DNA from: an uncultured Oscillospiraceae bacterium
GTDB lineage: Bacteria; Bacillota; Clostridia; Oscillospirales; Oscillospiraceae
DNA: 64,000 nt
NCBI GenBank assembly: GCA_964387095.1
Contig: CAYLVH010000001.1
Span: forward strand, 1,103-65,102
Direction: 5' to 3'
The notes beneath the pieces are model-generated. The model saw only the letters and a program-made list of their open reading frames with translations, was not told the DNA's origin and made no database searches. Shown here in pieces: positions 60,364 through 64,000 of this stretch (its first letter is position 1; each line of letters opens with the position of its first letter). The position numbers and the translations under genes are program-made.

Positions 60364-63186
60364 TCAGATCTCCTTTCCAGGCACATGGGGCTGTCTGGAG
60401 CCCAACCAGACCCCTGCCTTTTCCTTCTGGCAGCGGACGCCGTCGGTGGGATCCTCATCCTGCTCCTCATCCACCAGCCAGCCGGCCAGGCAGACCCCGG
60501 CGTTGGGATCCGTCTTCCGGTTCCAGGCCTGGGCATACTTGGTGGACCATTCCTGATACTCTTCCTCCGTCACCTTCTGGCACTCCACCAGGAAGCCGGA
60601 AACCGCCATGCCGGTGGAGTTTTTGGAGGTCATAGAGGTGGGGGTGATGCAGTTGATGCAGCCGCCCCGGTCCAGCCAGCCGGGAATAATGGGGTCCAGG
60701 CGGGCACCGTGATCCACATAGACCACACCAGGGATCAGCCGCTCCGTGACATAGGCCGCGCAGAGTACAATGCCCCGCTCGTTGAAAATTTTGACGATAT
60801 CGTGGTGCTGAATCCCCCGCTCCTTCGCGGTGATGGGGTTGATCCACATGGGTTCGTACTGATAGCCGTCCCAGGCCCGGATCTTCATGGTTTCAACCTC
60901 CCGGTTCCAGATGATATCATCGCACTGGGCGTGCATTCTCCAGCGACCGTGGTTGGACATGCAAAGCAGGGGATATTTCTTGGCCCGCTCTGAGGAGAGC
61001 CGCTCGTCATGGCTCTCGCTCTTCTCGATCCAGTGGGGCACAGGGGGGCGTTCCGGGTCGTCGGGCATGTACTTCTCAATATCCGTGGAGGAATACTCCA
61101 GCAGACCGGTGGGGGTGGTCAGGGGGTGGTTTTGGGGATCCACATAGAAGTTATACAGGCCGGCAGGAATCTCCCGGGCATTCTCCTTGCAGGGCACCAC
61201 AAAGATCTTCCGCCGCTGGAACTCCTCCCAGCTCATATAATCCTCACAGCCAGAGGCGGCGTAGAAGAACCGCACCCGGTCCTCCTCGGTCAGCCCGTTG
61301 CCGGTGTAAGCCCGGACATACTCCGGACCCAGCTTCTCCGCCACCTTGACGCAGACGTCAAAGTCGGTCATGGACTCCCCGATGGGCGGGCAGCAGGGGC
61401 CGGTCAGATACACGGACTGGAACACACCAGAGCTCAGGTCGTTGCACAGGTCGCTCATCTCATGCTTGGTGGAAACGGGTAGGATCAGGTCAGCAAAATA
61501 GCAGTCGTTTTCCATCCAGGGATGCTGGGCGATGACGGTTTCAATGGAGGGATCCCGGTAGGCCTCAGTGAACAGGTTTCCGTTGTTCCAGCAGGTCACG
61601 TTGCAGGGGGAGTCCGTCCAGATCATATGGACCCGACTCAAGCCCGGCCTGGGGTAAACAATCTTGTTAAACTGATAGATGTTGGTGGGCTGGCGGTAGT
61701 TGTTCTTGTCCGGCTGCTGAGAGGAGGAGAAGCAGTGGAGGCCGTACCACTCCGCATGGCCCTCCACAATGGCGCGATGTACCATGCAGCGGGGAATAAA
61801 CTGCTTGGGGGCAGGCAGCTTCTTAAACAGCTCTACCAGCTCCGGGGCCTTCTCCTTCTGGTAATCGTTCAGGTCATAGCGGCGCATGTCAAGGGTGTCC
61901 GGCAGGTCCCCGTCCACCGCCCGGAGGCAGTCGCAGATCTGAGGCACCTTGGGAGCGAAGTCCCCCTGATAGGGTACCGGGAAATCCTTTGCCCACATAT
62001 TCCACTCAATCATCTTCCCCTGGTGGACGCCGGGACGGCCCAGGCCCTGCATCCCCAGCAGCATGACCTCCAAACGGGCAGGCTCCGTGGCATATGGCCC
62101 CCGGATATAGCATCCGCCGTTGCCGTGGAGGATGGAGGTGGTCTTCTTCGCCCAGCGGCGGGCCAGGGCCTTGATGGTCCAGGGCTTTACGCCGCACTTC
62201 TCACTGGCCCACTTGGGGGTCTTGGGGACGCCGTCCTCCTCCCCCATGACGTAGGCCACAAACTTGTCAAAGCCATAGGTGTGGGAGGCGATATACTCCT
62301 TGTCGTAGGTCTCCTCCGTCAGCCAGATGTAAGCAATGGCCAGCTGCAAGGCCGCGTCCGTATTGGGCAGAATGGGAATCCACTTGTCCGCATGGACCGC
62401 CGCGCCATAGTTCAGGTCGGGACAGATATAGATGCTATCAATCCCCAGGTCAGTAAACCAGTAGCACAGACGGGAGGGCATGTGGGAAACCACCCCCAGG
62501 GGGGTGGTCTCCGGATCGCAGCCCCAGAAAAGGAGCATATCCGTGTTCTTTGCGATGTCCGGGTACAGGTTGGCCGTGGGGGCCATCTCCCCCACAGGCT
62601 CCATGCCCCAGACGTGCTTGGCCCCCCAATACCAGCCCTCCCAGGAGTCCATGTTCCTCATCTGGAGGGTATAGCCCCCCATCAGGGCCAGCAGGCGGTT
62701 GGGGCAGCCGTGGCTGGGGGCCACCCGCTTGCCTTCGCCGTGCATATCGCTTTCGCAGAGCACCGCCTCGGGGCCGTAGGTCTCCTTCATCCTCCGCAGC
62801 TCGTCCGCGCAGATCCGGGCCGCCTCATCCCAGGAGATCCGGACATATTTGCTCTTCCCCCGGTTCTGGGGATTGCGCTCCCCCTTGGGGTCCCAGTCCA
62901 CCCGCTTTAAGGGATATTTCACCCGGTTTGGGGAATAGACCCGGCTCTTATAGCCCAGGCCCAGGGGGGTGATCGTCACCCGGTCCGGGGGCACAAAGGT
63001 CTGCCCCCTGGCCTCGATCTTCCAGGGGTGGCAGTTGGCGTCTGTATACTCTTTATCGTAGAAGTAGGGGCGAATGCGGGTGATCCTCCCCTCATTGGAA
63101 TCCACCATGCAAGGGCCACCGCTCTCCGGGCCCATGAGACTAAAGGACACTACGTTTTGCTGATCTGGTGTAAACTTGTCAGACAT
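60364..63186 (-). CDS. molybdopterin oxidoreductase large subunit alpha-2, pyrogallol hydroxytransferase-like, cytoplasmic
   Basis: Only 940 aa of the 1157-aa track ORF are plausible: ATG 63186 (MSDKFTPDQQ) follows AGGGGGA. The blocks HPWKIEARGQTFVPP, DSWEGWYWG, FWGCDPETT, GVPKTPKWASE and GMQGLGRPG are present. There is no Tat signal, and it is about 45% identical to alpha-1 by eye. Confidence 0.85.
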   Translation of the reverse strand: MSDKFTPDQQNVVSFSLMGPESGGPCMVDSNEGRITRIRPYFYDKEYTDANCHPWKIEARGQTFVPPDRVTITPLGLGYKSRVYSPNRVKYPLKRVDWDPKGERNPQNRGKSKYVRISWDEAARICADELRRMKETYGPEAVLCESDMHGEGKRVAPSHGCPNRLLALMGGYTLQMRNMDSWEGWYWGAKHVWGMEPVGEMAPTANLYPDIAKNTDMLLFWGCDPETTPLGVVSHMPSRLCYWFTDLGIDSIYICPDLNYGAAVHADKWIPILPNTDAALQLAIAYIWLTEETYDKEYIASHTYGFDKFVAYVMGEEDGVPKTPKWASEKCGVKPWTIKALARRWAKKTTSILHGNGGCYIRGPYATEPARLEVMLLGMQGLGRPGVHQGKMIEWNMWAKDFPVPYQGDFAPKVPQICDCLRAVDGDLPDTLDMRRYDLNDYQKEKAPELVELFKKLPAPKQFIPRCMVHRAIVEGHAEWYGLHCFSSSQQPDKNNYRQPTNIYQFNKIVYPRPGLSRVHMIWTDSPCNVTCWNNGNLFTEAYRDPSIETVIAQHPWMENDCYFADLILPVSTKHEMSDLCNDLSSGVFQSVYLTGPCCPPIGESMTDFDVCVKVAEKLGPEYVRAYTGNGLTEEDRVRFFYAASGCEDYMSWEEFQRRKIFVVPCKENAREIPAGLYNFYVDPQNHPLTTPTGLLEYSSTDIEKYMPDDPERPPVPHWIEKSESHDERLSSERAKKYPLLCMSNHGRWRMHAQCDDIIWNREVETMKIRAWDGYQYEPMWINPITAKERGIQHHDIVKIFNERGIVLCAAYVTERLIPGVVYVDHGARLDPIIPGWLDRGGCINCITPTSMTSKNSTGMAVSGFLVECQKVTEEEYQEWSTKYAQAWNRKTDPNAGVCLAGWLVDEEQDEDPTDGVRCQKEKAGVWLGSRQPHVPGKEI

Positions 63187-63217
63187 CACGTTTCCCCCTT
63201 TCATTTCTTTGTCTATA

Positions 63218-63246
63218 ATTATATCAAAACGAGCCAAAACTTTGAA
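63218..63246 (-). promoter_or_regulatory. promoter TTCAAA-17-TATAAT for the alpha-2 unit
   Basis: On the minus strand TTCAAA is at 63246-63241 and TATAAT at 63223-63218. Palindrome copy B starts 17 nt upstream of the -35 box. Confidence 0.55.
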
Positions 63247-63263
63247 ACAGGAATCGTTTTTTC

Positions 63264-63286
63264 TGTCACAACCAATGGGTTGTAAC
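63264..63286. promoter_or_regulatory. palindrome copy B: TGTCACAACC-AATG-GGTTGTAAC
   Basis: It has the same T-run prefix (TTTTTTC) and the same 20-nt core as copy A, with one arm position changed (G to A). It lies in the divergent region between alpha-2 and the thioesterase-mobB pair. Confidence 0.6.
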
Positions 63287-63407
63287 CCGACAATTATTCC
63301 TGCAAACCTTTTTTCAATCTTTTTAGTAACAAAACTCTTGATCTCCAAGGCCCGGAAAAAATCCGACCGGCGCTTGGCGCCCCCTGATTTCTGCGCCCGC
63401 ATTTTGG

Positions 63408-63435
63408 TTGCTTTTTTCCCGGAACCTGATATACT
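63408..63435 (+). promoter_or_regulatory. candidate promoter TTGCTT-16-TATACT for thioesterase-mobB
   Basis: TTGCTT at 63408-63413 and TATACT at 63430-63435. Confidence 0.4.
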
Positions 63436-63468
63436 GATTTTAGATTGCAACAAAGGAGGCCGCCACTT

Positions 63469-63888
63469 ATGATTTCCGAAACCCTCATTGACGTCCGTTA
63501 CCCCGACTGTGACCGGATGGGCATTGTCCACCACGCCGTTTACCCCATCTGGTATGAGGCCGCCCGCATGGACTTCTTCCAGAAGATGGGCTTCTCCTAC
63601 TCCGATATGAACAACCTTGGCATTAACCCGCCCCTGGTGGCCCTGGATTTGCGGTACAACACCCCCGCCACCTACCCCGGTCAGGTCTCTATCAAAACCA
63701 AAATAAAGTCCTACGCCCCCAAGAAGCTGGAGCTGGTCTATGAAGCCTGGTATCAGGGAAAGCTTTGCGGCACAGCCCGTTCCTTCCACATCTGGACCGG
63801 CCCGGACATGAAGAGCCTGGACATGCAGGCCACACACCCGGAGGTCTATGAGAAGATCCGGGCCGCCTGGGAAGGGGAAGAAGCATGA
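63469..63888 (+). CDS. YbgC/4HBT-type acyl-CoA thioesterase
   Basis: ORF track 63445..63888; ATG 63469 follows AAAGGAGG. VRYPDCDRMGIVHHAVYPIWYEAARMDFF is the 4HBT-I signature, including the catalytic Asp. Confidence 0.8.
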   Translation: MISETLIDVRYPDCDRMGIVHHAVYPIWYEAARMDFFQKMGFSYSDMNNLGINPPLVALDLRYNTPATYPGQVSIKTKIKSYAPKKLELVYEAWYQGKLCGTARSFHIWTGPDMKSLDMQATHPEVYEKIRAAWEGEEA

Positions 63889-64000
63889 GGGGCATTCATG
63901 AACACACCCCCATGATTACCTTCGTGGGCAAGTCCGGCACTGGAAAGACCACCTATTTGGAGCGTCTGATTCCAGTGCTAAAAGGCCGTGGGCTGCGCCT
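63885..64000 (+). CDS. mobB: molybdopterin-guanine dinucleotide biosynthesis protein MobB, N-terminal fragment (runs off the window)
   Basis: Its ATG overlaps the thioesterase stop (ATGA at 63885-63888). MRGIHEHTPMITFVGKSGTGKTTYLERLIPVLKGRGLR has the P-loop and spacing typical of MobB. Confidence 0.7.
   Translation, partial: MRGIHEHTPMITFVGKSGTGKTTYLERLIPVLKGRGLR

Noticed and set aside
61522-62910. 462-aa plus-strand ORF opposite alpha-2
   Set aside because: It is a shadow frame of the molybdopterin oxidoreductase gene.
63187-63837. N-terminal 217 codons of the 1157-aa track ORF 60364..63837
   Set aside because: The homology to molybdoenzyme large subunits begins at MSDKF (ATG 63186, AGGGGGA upstream). 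The extension crosses an AT-rich promoter region and lies antisense to the thioesterase gene.
1-64000. Search for CRISPR arrays, IS elements, integrases, tRNA/rRNA genes and long direct or inverted repeats
   Set aside because: I saw no regularly spaced repeats, no transposase/integrase-like ORFs and no tRNA-like cloverleaf regions in the intergenic spacers. The only repeats found are the short elements reported above.

Overview
This is a 64-kb chromosomal segment from a high-GC Firmicutes/Clostridia-type genome. That placement rests on T-box leaders, strong AGGAGG ribosome-binding sites, rny, an asp23/DAK2 pair and metG-tatD; anything finer, such as Oscillospiraceae-like, is only a guess. I found no rRNA, tRNA, CRISPR array, transposase, integrase or prophage genes.

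Housekeeping content:
- pta (partial).
- hisS-aspS behind one T-box.
- asnS and asnB, each behind a closely related Asn-type T-box.
- rny, sbcCD, asp23/DAK2, an M29 aminopeptidase, recQ and metG-tatD.
- A lone type IIA topoisomerase B subunit.
- A Cd/Zn-type P-type ATPase with a separate metallochaperone.

Two accessory blocks stand out.

(1) 10.3-15.1 kb is a five-gene operon. It has a circularly permuted ATP-grasp ligase, an alpha-E protein, a transglutaminase-like protein and two AstE/AspA-family deacylases, one of which has a mutated zinc site. It lies exactly between the outward-facing asnS and asnB T-box units.

(2) 45.5-64 kb is a molybdenum-centred region, almost all on the minus strand. 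It contains:
- A Moco biosynthesis operon (moeA, a MoCF-binding protein, moaA, moaC, moaB/mog, MOSC) behind a probable Moco riboswitch.
- A BKACE-family beta-keto-acid cleavage enzyme plus a thiolase.
- Two diverged alpha/beta pairs of cytoplasmic pyrogallol-transhydroxylase-like molybdoenzymes.
- Five tightly coupled ORFs I cannot assign, one with a degenerate Nudix fold.
- A YczE-like membrane protein.
- A thioesterase-mobB pair.
- A 20-nt sequence (the core of a palindrome), identical in both copies, upstream of each molybdoenzyme unit.

I read block (2) as a candidate uncharacterised polyphenol (trihydroxybenzene) transhydroxylation and ring-cleavage locus.

Three genes are disrupted (MATE, DUF362, DUF3006). 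Two of the breaks lie in homopolymer runs (MATE A5, DUF362 G5) and the DUF3006 break lies near short G runs, so assembly error must be excluded. Many long antisense ORFs in the supplied track are high-GC shadow ORFs and were rejected. All calls rest on my reading of the translated sequences and motifs; no database search was possible.
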